Notes under the pieces: generated by a model
What the model was told of the DNA's origin: nothing
The model's database searches: none
The model's input: the letters and a program-made list of their open reading frames with translations, nothing else
Assembly: GCA_963771885.1 (NCBI GenBank)
Contig: CAVYVF010000023.1
Location: 224,001 to 288,000, forward strand
DNA: 64,000 bases
DNA from: Candidatus Bathyarchaeota archaeon
GTDB taxonomy: Archaea > Thermoproteota > Bathyarchaeia > TCS64
Direction: 5' to 3'
Position numbers and translations under genes: made by a program
Shown here: positions 19,978 to 29,173 of the stretch, piece after piece
How the letters are laid out: each line of letters begins with the position of its first letter
Numbering within the stretch: position 1 is the stretch's first letter

Positions 19978-21294
19978 GTGCCAGAGGGAGGGATAAGCGT
20001 TGGCTCCATGGATTACTTATATTTTGGTTCATCCATTGATGAGACTCGTCAGGTGTCTTCCTTGGACGTCTCAACCTCCGCCTTAGCCGCGATCGTCAGG
20101 GGCTGGGTAGATTTTCTGAGGAAGCAAGAGAGCCCCTTCAAGGTCAACATTATTCGTAACTTCGTTCAGCGCTTCGCCACGAACCTGAGCTACCAGTTCC
20201 AGCCGCTCTTTCTTACGAGCCTCGGGGCGAGCCCCCTCATACTCGGCTATCTGAACAGCATGAACGGTGTCGTAAATACGATTCTCGCTATACCGACGGG
20301 GATGGCTGCTGACCGGATCGGGATAAAAAAGGTCCTCGTCTTCACGATGCTGCTCTCGGTGGCGAGTTCGGTGGTCTTCGCCCTCGCGAACAGCTGGGAG
20401 GTGGCGGCGATCGCCTTAGTCATCTCGGGAGCAGTTATGATCCTCGACAGGACGGTGTGCCCGATGATCTGCGGCTCGGCACTCGCTAGCGGCGAGAGGC
20501 TGACGGGGATGGGGATATGCGACACGATCTCCTTCTTCCCCCAGCTCATCGCCCCCATCCTCGGCGCCGCCCTCATCACGATCTTCGGCGGGATGAACGC
20601 AGAGGGGATACGCCCCCTCTTCTACCTCCAGACGGCTTTCCTGCTCGTCGCAGTTGCCATCATCCAGTTCTGGTTCAAGAATCCCGCGGCTCAGTCCGGT
20701 GGCGCTCGCGGGAACGTCTTCGCCGACATAAGCGGCCTCTTCAAGGAAGGGAGGATAATCAAGAGGTGGCTACTGCTGACTGTAGCGGCGGCGTTCCCCT
20801 GGCAGGTGGCCTTCTATACGCCGCTCTTCGCGGCGCAGATCAAGGGGGCAGACGCCTTCATTGTAGGCGGTATCAGCGCTGCGGCGACGATAGTCTTCGT
20901 CTTCTTTGCCATACCGCTTGGCAGGCTCAGCGACACGATGGGGCGGAAGAAGATAGGAGCATTGGCGGGGCTGTTGATGATAAGCTCCTACCTTGTGCTC
21001 GTCCTCGCACCGAATAATGCGACTCTTCTACTCGCAGGGTTTCTCAGCGGCTTCAGCATGTCGTTCACCCAGAACCTGATGGCGATCTCGGTCGAACTCG
21101 TACCGCCGAAGAGGCTTGGGAGCTGGGTCGGCATTCAGGGCTTCTGCAGGGGGCTCGTTGGGATCGCTTCGCCGATTATCTGCGGCTACCTCTGGTCTTT
21201 TGTCTTCCCGGGGAGTGTCTTCTACTTCCTCGCCGCGACCCAGATCGTGGCGCTGATAATGTTTGTCCTCGTGCCGACGGAGATAACCCGTTAA
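19978..21294 (+). CDS. MFS transporter
   Basis: GMAADRIGIKK, GRLSDTMGRKK, ~12 TM. Confidence 0.9.
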   Translation: MPEGGISVGSMDYLYFGSSIDETRQVSSLDVSTSALAAIVRGWVDFLRKQESPFKVNIIRNFVQRFATNLSYQFQPLFLTSLGASPLILGYLNSMNGVVNTILAIPTGMAADRIGIKKVLVFTMLLSVASSVVFALANSWEVAAIALVISGAVMILDRTVCPMICGSALASGERLTGMGICDTISFFPQLIAPILGAALITIFGGMNAEGIRPLFYLQTAFLLVAVAIIQFWFKNPAAQSGGARGNVFADISGLFKEGRIIKRWLLLTVAAAFPWQVAFYTPLFAAQIKGADAFIVGGISAAATIVFVFFAIPLGRLSDTMGRKKIGALAGLLMISSYLVLVLAPNNATLLLAGFLSGFSMSFTQNLMAISVELVPPKRLGSWVGIQGFCRGLVGIASPIICGYLWSFVFPGSVFYFLAATQIVALIMFVLVPTEITR

Positions 21295-21711
21295 GCCGCT
21301 GCGATCCTCGCCCTAATCTTCTCGGCTGTCCCGGCTAGGTCGCCTCCGCCCCCTGGACCGAGTTGCTGCACTATTCCACCGTGATCTCCCTTCCGTCGGG
21401 GGAGTATGTGAATGTGGACGTGAGGTATCTCCTGCCCGCTACCAGGCCCGTTGTTGATGCCGACAGTTGTTGCGTCAGCCTCCACGGCGTCCCTGATGGG
21501 GGAGAGTATCTTGTGGAGGGCGGAGAAGAGCGCCTACGCCTGCTCGGGGGTCAGGTCCTCGACGCGGGAGACGTGCGCCTTCGGGACCAGCATCGTGTGG
21601 CCTGGGGCTACCGGGCGTATGTCGAGGAAGGCGAGGCAGTGCTCGTCCTCGTAGACGCTTCTGCGCTGGGATGCGTCCTTCGAATATGGAGCAGATGACG
21701 CAGGGAGACAT
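21291..21711 (-). pseudogene. HIT family hydrolase, disrupted (frameshift ~21660 plus in-frame TAG at 21534-21536)
   Basis: MSPCVICSI.. / VYEDEHCLAFLDIRPVAPGHTMLVPKAH..EQA*ALFSALH.. / GINNGPGSGQEIPHVHIHILPR (HxHxH). Confidence 0.8.
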
Positions 21712-21747
21712 GGTAGGATAGTTGGCGGAGGCGGTTTATTGGTCTTT

Positions 21748-22521
21748 TTAGCCGTGGCTGACGAAGTCGACCCTGCCGCCGTCGGCGACGATGACCTGGC
21801 CGGTGACGAAGCCGGACTCCTCGGAGGCGAGGAAGAGGGCGACTCGGGCGATGTCGTCGGGCTCACCTATGCGGCGCAGTGCTGCTAGGCCTGCCTTCCT
21901 CTTGTTGACTGCCTCGGCAGCGGCTCCGCTCTTGCCGGCTGTCATGTCGGTTTTGATCCAGCCGGGGGCGATGCAGTTGACGTTTATGCCGTGTGGTCCG
22001 AGGTCCTGGGCTGCGACGGCGGTGAGCATTATGAGGCCCGCCTTGCTGCAGCCGTAGGAGCCCTCGCCGGTTGGGGCGCAGCCGAGGCCGGAGATGCTGG
22101 AGGTGCTTATGATCCTGCCCCCGCCCTGCTTGATCATCTGCTTCGACGCCTCCTGCATGCAGATGAAGGGGCCCTTGAGGTTGACGTCCATGACCTTGTC
22201 CCACTGCTCGTCGGTCGTCTCCATGAGGTTTGTGGGTATGAGTATGCCCGCGTTGTTGACGAGTATGTCGAGACTGCCGAATGCCTTGATTGTGGCGGCG
22301 ACCATCTTCTTTACTTGAGCCCTCTGGGAGACGTCGGCCTGCACGGCTATCGCCCTGCCGCCCATTGCCTGTATCTCGGTGACGACCGCCTCAGCCTCGG
22401 CAGCGCCTTTCGTGTAGTTCACGGCGACGCTCGCGCCTTCGGCGGCATACATAAGACAGATCGCTTTACCTATTCCCCTGCTGCCCCCTGTGACGAGGGC
22501 GACCTTACCGTCTAGTTTCAT
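21748..22521 (-). CDS. Short-chain dehydrogenase/reductase (FabG-like)
   Basis: TGGSRGIG, NNAG, YGCSK, PGWIKTDM. Confidence 0.95.
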   Translation of the reverse strand: MKLDGKVALVTGGSRGIGKAICLMYAAEGASVAVNYTKGAAEAEAVVTEIQAMGGRAIAVQADVSQRAQVKKMVAATIKAFGSLDILVNNAGILIPTNLMETTDEQWDKVMDVNLKGPFICMQEASKQMIKQGGGRIISTSSISGLGCAPTGEGSYGCSKAGLIMLTAVAAQDLGPHGINVNCIAPGWIKTDMTAGKSGAAAEAVNKRKAGLAALRRIGEPDDIARVALFLASEESGFVTGQVIVADGGRVDFVSHG

Positions 22522-22571
22522 GATTGATGGACGTTGTGGAGGGGATTTAACGCTTCCCGGGTGTGCTAATT

Positions 22572-23006
22572 TCAGTTGGCGGGCTTTCGGAAGCTGTTCA
22601 TCTTCTCCACGATGGCGTGGTAGGCCTGCACGGGGTTGTCTATGCCCTGCACCATCGCCTCGAAGGGGCAGTATATCCTGCCGTCGACGGTCTTGATGTG
22701 ATCTATCTCCTTGTCGAAGCTTAGTCTGACGCCAGCATCCTCGATCAGCTTTCGCCCACCGGGGTTGATCACCCCCGCGTGGACCTCTGCTGCTCCACTG
22801 TAAAGTATGAGTAGTGCGGCGGCGCGTCCGACTATCTTGTCGACCATCGTCGTGCTCCTTAGGTGTGCGCCGAGGGCGTCTATCGCCTCAAGGTGCGGTC
22901 GGACGCCCTTGCTGGCGCTCCGGAAGAGTACGGTTCTGCCCTCATAGACCATGAGGCTGAGCCCAAGCTCGTCGAGTTTCTTAACGTATTCGTCCAAAAT
23001 CCTCAA
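22572..23006 (-). CDS. DUF1893 (TM1506-like) protein
   Basis: KGVRP, DKIVGRAAA, CPFEAMV motifs. Confidence 0.8.
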   Translation of the reverse strand: MRILDEYVKKLDELGLSLMVYEGRTVLFRSASKGVRPHLEAIDALGAHLRSTTMVDKIVGRAAALLILYSGAAEVHAGVINPGGRKLIEDAGVRLSFDKEIDHIKTVDGRIYCPFEAMVQGIDNPVQAYHAIVEKMNSFRKPAN

Positions 23007-23007
23007 C

Positions 23008-23454
23008 CTAGTTCTTCAGTATGGCTATCTTCGACTGTTTTACCCCGCGGCAGCTTGACAGCTTCTCCGCGAGGATTTTTATGCGCTGCGTCTCCCCTCG
23101 CACGGCGACTATTTCGAGGCAGTTGTTGTGGTCGAGGTGGATGTGGGTGGTCGTCGTTATCTCGCCGGTGTGGTCGTGCTGTATCTCGGTTAGGGCTTCC
23201 GTCACGTCGCCCCTGTGGTGGTCGTAGAGTAGCGTGATGGCGCCGACGACCTCGCCGCCCTCTCCCTCCCAGACGCGGTCGGTTATGAAGTTCCTCATCG
23301 CGGCCACGATAGCGGTTGAGCGGTTGTAGCCGAGCCTTACCGTCATCTCGTCGAACTCTTTGAGTAGGACTGGGTCGACCGAGGCGCTGAACCTCGCGAC
23401 TCCCTGTCTCTCCTCGTCGCGACTTGAATCGGCTCTTGCAGTCATCGCAGCCAC
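23008..23454 (-). CDS. nikR: Nickel-responsive transcriptional regulator
   Basis: RHH N-terminus (RFSASV...NRSTAI) plus YDHH, QHDH, HIHLDHNNCLE. Confidence 0.93.
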   Translation of the reverse strand: MAAMTARADSSRDEERQGVARFSASVDPVLLKEFDEMTVRLGYNRSTAIVAAMRNFITDRVWEGEGGEVVGAITLLYDHHRGDVTEALTEIQHDHTGEITTTTHIHLDHNNCLEIVAVRGETQRIKILAEKLSSCRGVKQSKIAILKN

Positions 23455-23576
23455 AGGGGTTACGTTGCGGGGCGGGTAATAATGTTAACCGCGCGCCACG
23501 GTGGAAAGGTTAAGTACATTTGCTTTCTTGTATACCCCGTAGGGTGTTCTTGGAACATCCCTACATCGGTGTCAGT

Positions 23577-24179
23577 GTGGACCGCGTTAAGAAGCTGAGG
23601 TACAAGGCGGTTCCCGTGAGGGAGACCCTTGTCGAGATGAAGGATCTGAGCGAGATCATGATTGACCTCGCCTACAGCGCCGCAGTTATGGATAACAAGG
23701 CGCTCGCGGAGGAGGTCGTGCAGCTCGAGAAGAGGATGGACGACCTCATTTATGTGCTCAACATGAACCTGATGCTCTCCGCGCGTACGGCGCGGGACGT
23801 CGAGGCGCTGGCGGGGGTGCAGAGGGTTGGGGCGCTCACGAACGTGATAAGCGACGCGGCGGGCGACATATCCGCCCTCGTCTTACGCGGTATAAAGATA
23901 CACCCCGTCGCCAGGGAGGTATTCGAGAGGACGGAGGAGAACCTCGATCACGGTTCAATAGTCGAGGGCTCGATCCTGGAGGGTAAGAGCGTCGACGATC
24001 TCCACCTCGCCCGGAGGATAGGCGCGGACATCATCGCCATCAGGAGGGGGGAGCACTGGCTCATCAACCCCGGCAAGGAAATCGTCATGCCTGAGGACGT
24101 CATAGTCGCGAGGGGAAACCAGGAGGGACTCGAGACTCTTCTCAAGGCGGCGAAGGGGGAGGTGGAGACACTTGAGTGA
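23577..24179 (+). CDS. PhoU-domain + TrkA-C regulatory protein
   Basis: EMKDLSEIMIDLAYSA; C-terminal IIAIRRG..NP..DVIVARG. Confidence 0.85.
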   Translation: MDRVKKLRYKAVPVRETLVEMKDLSEIMIDLAYSAAVMDNKALAEEVVQLEKRMDDLIYVLNMNLMLSARTARDVEALAGVQRVGALTNVISDAAGDISALVLRGIKIHPVAREVFERTEENLDHGSIVEGSILEGKSVDDLHLARRIGADIIAIRRGEHWLINPGKEIVMPEDVIVARGNQEGLETLLKAAKGEVETLE

Positions 24180-24759
24180 CAAGGAGACGCTTGAGCACAT
24201 AACGAACCAGCTCGTCGAGATGAAGAACACATCCGAGCTGGCTATCGACCTCTCCTACTCGGCGCTGCTCCTGAACAACGCCTTCCTAGCCGAGGAAGTC
24301 CAGCTGCTCCATGCCAAGATTGAGAACATGAACGTCGACTTCGAGCAGCTCCTACTGAGTTGCCCGCTGAGCGGCGAGGACTCCCGGGGTCTCGTAAGCC
24401 TCATCAGGATGGGGATAGCTGCGGAGAGGATCTCACTCGCGGCGTCGAAGATCGCCCAGGTGGTGCTGCGCGGCATCGAGCCACATCCTGTGTTGAAGAT
24501 GGTGATACAGGCTGCGGACGAGACCGTCGACCGCATAGTGGTCCCCGAGGAGTCGCCGCTCATCGGGAGGACGCTGAAGGACGCCCAGCTCCCCGAGGAG
24601 ACGGGGTGGTGGGTTCTCGTCATAAAGAGGGGGGACCGCTGGGTGCGCCCGAAGGCCTCGACGGTCGTCGAGTTGGGGGACCTTCTCGTCGCCTCAGGTT
24701 ACGCGGATGGTGAGGAGGACTTCAAGCAGGTGGTCTCCGGCGCTAGGTACCACAGCTAG
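24172..24759 (+). CDS. PhoU-domain + TrkA-C regulatory protein (paralogue)
   Basis: EMKNTSELAIDLSYSALL; SPLIGRTL...GDLLVASG. Confidence 0.85.
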   Translation: MSDKETLEHITNQLVEMKNTSELAIDLSYSALLLNNAFLAEEVQLLHAKIENMNVDFEQLLLSCPLSGEDSRGLVSLIRMGIAAERISLAASKIAQVVLRGIEPHPVLKMVIQAADETVDRIVVPEESPLIGRTLKDAQLPEETGWWVLVIKRGDRWVRPKASTVVELGDLLVASGYADGEEDFKQVVSGARYHS

Positions 24760-24805
24760 GTCCCCGGACGTTTTGGGAAATAGCATCGATCTGCACTTTT
24801 TTTGA

Positions 24806-26089
24806 GTGGATCCTCTAGAAACCCTTAAACCGGATGTGTGCCCCGCCGATAGATTAGGAACACAGGGTGAAGGGAGGTGGCCTGCTGCGACGAGGACGGA
24901 GACGGGGACAAAGCGATTCGCACTGGCTACGGGGCAGGCGCTCTTCTCCCTTCTGTTTAACTTCACCGGCTTATTCGCGGGGGGTCTAGTCGCCTCTAGC
25001 CTTGGCCTCTTCGACAGGATACCCTGGGCGCTCGTCATCTATCCGGGTATTCTCAGTATAAGAGGGGCGATCGGCGGCCTCTACTCGGGGCGTCTCAGCA
25101 CAGCGCTCCATCTGGGCACGATAAAGCCGAGGCTCTTCGGCAACACGGAGGAGGCGTACGTCCTCTTCAATACGGTCAACACGTTGACGCTTGTGAGCGC
25201 CCTTCTTATGGGGTCGTTCGGATCGCTGGTCGGCGTCGTCGTGACTGGGACGTCTCTCGCTGAGTTCCCGGTGATCATGTCGGTCATCGTCGCCTCGATG
25301 GGGCTTAGCATACTCGTAATCGCCCCGCTCACCTTCTGGGTCTCCGTTATCTCCTACAAGAGGGGGCTCGACCCGGATGTCCTCGTCTACCCCGTCGTCT
25401 CGACGCTGGCTGACCTGATAATCACCGGGCTCTACATCGGCGTCCTATCCCTTGTCGCATACGCGCCGGGGAGGAGCCTGCTCATCCTCAATATCATCAA
25501 CCTCGTCTTCGTTGCTGCCATCTTGTTCTCGGTGAGGAAGATATACAGGAATAGGGAGTTCGTCACGACCGTTAAGGAGTTCATGTTGACGCTCGCGATA
25601 GTGACGGTCATCGTCAATATCACGGGGACGGCGCTGAACAGGATTACCGAGGTAATCGGTAGGAGGCCGGAGGTTTTCATGATCTATCCTGCCCTCATCG
25701 ACACCGTAGGGGACGTCGGGTCGATTATAGGGTCGACGGCGACGACGAAGATGGCGCTCGGCGTGATGGCGACGGAGTTCAAGGCGATCATCTCCCACTG
25801 GGTCGAGATCGGGAGCGCCTGGGCGGCGTCCCTGATTATGTTCGTGTTATACGCCTTGACCAGTAGCGCCGTCTACGGGATCTGGATGTTCCCCGGCCTC
25901 CTCGCCGAGGCGCTGACCACAAATCTCCTCGTCGTGCCAATCATAATCGTGATCAGCTTCGCAACGGCGATAATCACACGTAGGAGGGGGCTTGACCCGG
26001 ATAACTTCATTATACCTATCGAGACGAGCATAAGCGACGGCTTGACGACCATAGGGCTTCTGGTCGCGATCACAATCATCCTGCACTGA
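24806..26089 (+). CDS. MgtE/SLC41-type divalent cation transporter (duplicated membrane domain)
   Basis: RGAIGG..SGRLSTALHLG; GLDPD..P..STLAD and GLDPDNF.IP.ETSISD repeats; true start may be further downstream. Confidence 0.85.
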   Translation: MDPLETLKPDVCPADRLGTQGEGRWPAATRTETGTKRFALATGQALFSLLFNFTGLFAGGLVASSLGLFDRIPWALVIYPGILSIRGAIGGLYSGRLSTALHLGTIKPRLFGNTEEAYVLFNTVNTLTLVSALLMGSFGSLVGVVVTGTSLAEFPVIMSVIVASMGLSILVIAPLTFWVSVISYKRGLDPDVLVYPVVSTLADLIITGLYIGVLSLVAYAPGRSLLILNIINLVFVAAILFSVRKIYRNREFVTTVKEFMLTLAIVTVIVNITGTALNRITEVIGRRPEVFMIYPALIDTVGDVGSIIGSTATTKMALGVMATEFKAIISHWVEIGSAWAASLIMFVLYALTSSAVYGIWMFPGLLAEALTTNLLVVPIIIVISFATAIITRRRGLDPDNFIIPIETSISDGLTTIGLLVAITIILH

Positions 26090-26156
26090 TCAGCCTCCCT
26101 CAGGCTTTGGAGGGGGTGATAAAGGGCATGTGTTTGTTACTGTTGACGCGCGCGAA

Positions 26157-26930
26157 TTAGCGCTCGGGCCTAGTCACGAGAATGGTACCATTTGCATATT
26201 TGGCAGGCGCCTCGTACCCGCCGCCTTGGACGGGGAGCATGTTCTGGTCGTGCCTCCGCATGCGCTCGATCTTCTTTACGTAGGCTGTCTCCAGCCCGTC
26301 CTGCGAGCCAACGATCATCGGCTTGTCCCTCCAATGGGGTAGCTCCTGACTCTTGGTGAGCTTAACGAGGGGGGTGGGGATTCACTTCAGGGCACCCCCT
26401 GCCTGCTTAGCAGGGGTCACCGTGGACTTCGCAGCCTTCCGCAACCCCTCTTTAGAGGGGTTAATACCCCCTCCCTAGAGGGGGGGGGGTGGGGTGGGCT
26501 AGGGGTGCCTTTTTCTTAGGGGTGGGGGGTGGGTGATTCGCAGTTTGCTTACCTATACTAGGCTTAACAAGGGGTGCAGGGACGTGGGGCTGCGTATCAG
26601 ACCCCTCATAGGCCCCCCCTCCCTCCCTCATCCATGGACCCCTCCCCTACCTCCTCATCACCCTCATCGTCTTCCATGACATTAGAGACATCCAGCCCTG
26701 CCTTGCTAAGAATCTCCGGATACCCCCCCTCCATCAAGGTCACCCACCCAGTCTGGGATTTGATCAGTTGGGTACTGGCTTGCTAGCGCTGAGGCCGTAT
26801 CACAATCGCCTTCGCAACCATCTTACCCATGGCTTTCTGGGGTGGGTGTGGGTGGGGTATTTTCACCCCCATCGGACCCCACCCTATCCACTGGCTCAGA
26901 TAAGGCACCACCTGATTTTTTGGGTCGATT
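26157..26930 (-). pseudogene. Degenerate remnant (copy 1) of an unknown, probably mobile-element gene
   Basis: Translates with frameshifts and a stop to ..EILSKAGLDV..EGDEE..PHVPAP..KQTANH..NPSKEGLRKA..LK*IPTPLVKLTKSQELP..IVGSQDGLETA..ERMRRHD..GGY..ANGT..; homologous to 27010-27590. Confidence 0.6.
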
Positions 26931-27810
26931 AGGGGGTAGTTTGAGGGGTGGGTAATGGTGCCATTGTTTTGTTAAGGAAAGGTACCATTGTTAACATTCT
27001 TGCATTAGGTCATTGTTTCAGAGAGATGCGCGTGACGCCAAAAACGGTACCATTTGCATCCTTGGCGAGCACCCCGTACCCACCGCTCTCCATGGGGATC
27101 AGGCTGGGGTCGTGCCTCTGCATGCGCTCAACCTCCTGCAGGATAGCCGTCTCCAAGCCATCATGAGAGCCTACAATCTCCGGCATCTCCTTCCTCCGAG
27201 GCAGCTCGTGACCCTTGGTGAGCTTCACAGGAGGGAGGGGATAGACTTCAGAGGCTGTGTCACGGCTTCCTTCGAAGCCTTCTTCAGACTCTCCTTAGAG
27301 GGATTTACTGCAGGGGAGACGTCACTAGGTGACGGTGAGGTGACAGAGAGGTGAGGGTGACCCCCCTTTTTCTTGGGGGTGACGGGTGAGTGATTTTCCG
27401 TTTGCTTACTACTACTAGGCTTAGCAGAGGGTGTAGGCACGTGCTCCTGCACATCAGGCTCATTCACGTCACTCACCTCACTACCCTCTAGTGACGTCTC
27501 CCCTCTCTCCTCGTCACCCTCTCCCCCCTCTGCATCCATGGCACCAGGGACGTAGATGCCAGCGTTGTTCAGAATCTGTGACCTTGCCGCCCTTGATGTT
27601 CCCCCGGGGGACTTGTTCTGGGGAAGCTAGCTTCTAATTTACGCGATTACCTTATGCTGTTTCTGAACGAACCTAATACGCGCGCCCGGGGGTACTTGTT
27701 CCTCGCGCAGATCGAGTTGTCCCCTAGGAGGTCTTCAACGCGGGAATATAAGCGGTTAAACAACGGTACCAATATCAAGGGTTGTTAAGAATATGAGAAA
27801 AGGTACCATT
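26181..27810. repeat. Six dispersed 12-bp palindromic sites AAnGGTRCCAWT
   Basis: At 26181, 26954, 26978, 27043, 27762, 27799. Confidence 0.8.
27010..27590 (-). pseudogene. Degenerate remnant (copy 2) of the same unknown gene
   Basis: ..QILNNAGIYV..EGDEE..EHVPTP..KQTENH..NPSKESLKKA..LKSIPS/VKLTKGHELP..IVGSHDGLETA..ERMQRHD..GGY..ANGT; ORFs 27225..27539 and 27010..27228 join by one indel. Confidence 0.65.
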
Positions 27811-27856
27811 AATCTTTGGAGGAGCCGCGCGCGAGAGGCTGTAACGAGAGACCGGC

Positions 27857-29173
27857 CTAGTAGGCGGATTTTCTTCGGGGGGTGTAGCGTCGGCCGGCGG
27901 GGGCCCGGTTTGCGTCAGTGTTGGGGCGGCGCCTGTTCTGGTGGTTCTTGTAGCACTGTGGGCAGTAGACAGGAGTGTTTGGGGGCGGGGTGAAGGCGGG
28001 GGTGAAGTGTTTTCCGCATTTGGCGCACTCGGCCTCGGGGGGTGCCTCGGCGGGAGTGATCTCCATACCGAGGGGGTCTATGCGGGTCTTGGTCATGGCC
28101 ATGATCTGTCTGAGGTCCTTGAGCTCGTCTGGTGAGACGAGGCTTATGGCGGTGCCTGTGGCCATCATACGGGCGGTTCTGCCGATGCGGTGGAAGTAGT
28201 TGGCGGGGTCCTCGGGGATGTTGTGGTTTATGATGTGGGTGACGTCGTGGATGTCGAGGCCACGGGCTGCGACGTCGGTTGCGACTAGTATGCGTAGCTT
28301 TCCTGCGCGGAACTGCTCTGTGACGTTGTCTCGCTGGGGCTGTGTGAGGCCGCCGTGGAGCGGCTTGGCGTCGTATCTGCGGTCCTTGAGCATCTTCGCG
28401 AGTCGCTGGGCGCCACGCTGGGTGCGGGCGAAGACTATGGCGCGTTCGACGCGCTCGGTGTCGAGTATCTTTGTGAGTGCCTGGAACTTGTCGCGTGGCT
28501 CTACTTGGATGTAGAACTGCTTGATCTGGACGACGGCGATCTCGTCGCGGCTGACGAGTAGCTTGAGTGGGTGGTGCATGAACTCCTTGCTGAGCTGGGT
28601 GGCGTTGGCGTCGATTGTGGCGCTGAAGAGGCTCATCTGCTTGTCCTTGGGGGTGTTGCTGAGGATTCTCTTGATGTCGGGGATGAAGCCCATGTCGAGC
28701 ATCCTGTCGGCCTCGTCGAGGACGACTATCTTGATGTTTCGTAGGGTGAGTGTGCCCTGTTGTAGATGGTCGAGTATTCTGCCGGGGGTGCCGACGACTA
28801 TGTGTGTGCCCTGCTTGAGGGCCTTTACCTGGCGCTGGATGGGTTCGCCGCCGTAGATGGCGGTGGTGTTGATTCCCTTATGTGCCGCGAGGGCGTTGAG
28901 GTGGTCTGCGATCTGGACGGCGAGCTCCCGGGTGGGGGCTAGTACTAGTCCCTGGACGGTCTTGAGGTAGGGGTCGACGCGCTCTATCATGGGTATACCG
29001 AATGCGGCGGTCTTGCCGGTTCCGGTCTGTGCCTGTCCGAGGACGTCCCTGCCGTCGAGGAGGGGGCCCATGGCCTCGGCTTGTATGGGTGTGGGGTTCT
29101 CCCAGCCCATGTCCGCGATTGCCTTCATGACTGGTGGGCTGAGGTGTAGTTGATCAAACGTGGTTATCTGCAT
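27857..29173 (-). CDS. DEAD-box RNA helicase (CshA/DeaD-like) with C-terminal CxxC-x17-CxxC zinc ribbon
   Basis: Q motif PTPIQ, AQTGTGKT, PTRELA, DEAD, SAT, ARGLD, HRIGRTAR; start at MQITTF after GGAG. Confidence 0.95.
   Translation of the reverse strand: MQITTFDQLHLSPPVMKAIADMGWENPTPIQAEAMGPLLDGRDVLGQAQTGTGKTAAFGIPMIERVDPYLKTVQGLVLAPTRELAVQIADHLNALAAHKGINTTAIYGGEPIQRQVKALKQGTHIVVGTPGRILDHLQQGTLTLRNIKIVVLDEADRMLDMGFIPDIKRILSNTPKDKQMSLFSATIDANATQLSKEFMHHPLKLLVSRDEIAVVQIKQFYIQVEPRDKFQALTKILDTERVERAIVFARTQRGAQRLAKMLKDRRYDAKPLHGGLTQPQRDNVTEQFRAGKLRILVATDVAARGLDIHDVTHIINHNIPEDPANYFHRIGRTARMMATGTAISLVSPDELKDLRQIMAMTKTRIDPLGMEITPAEAPPEAECAKCGKHFTPAFTPPPNTPVYCPQCYKNHQNRRRPNTDANRAPAGRRYTPRRKSAY

Noticed and set aside
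21534..21536. Pyrrolysine/amber recoding
   Set aside because: Many intact genes here end at TAG at their expected C-termini, and the same gene also has a frameshift.
26157..27230. Diversity-generating retroelement TR/VR pair
   Set aside because: Mismatches involve all four bases and many are synonymous, not adenine-specific; no reverse transcriptase in the window.
26181..27810. CRISPR array or Xer dif site built from the GGTACC motifs
   Set aside because: Repeats are only 12 bp with irregular spacing (24 to >700 bp) and lack the ATAA-N6-TTAT arms of dif.
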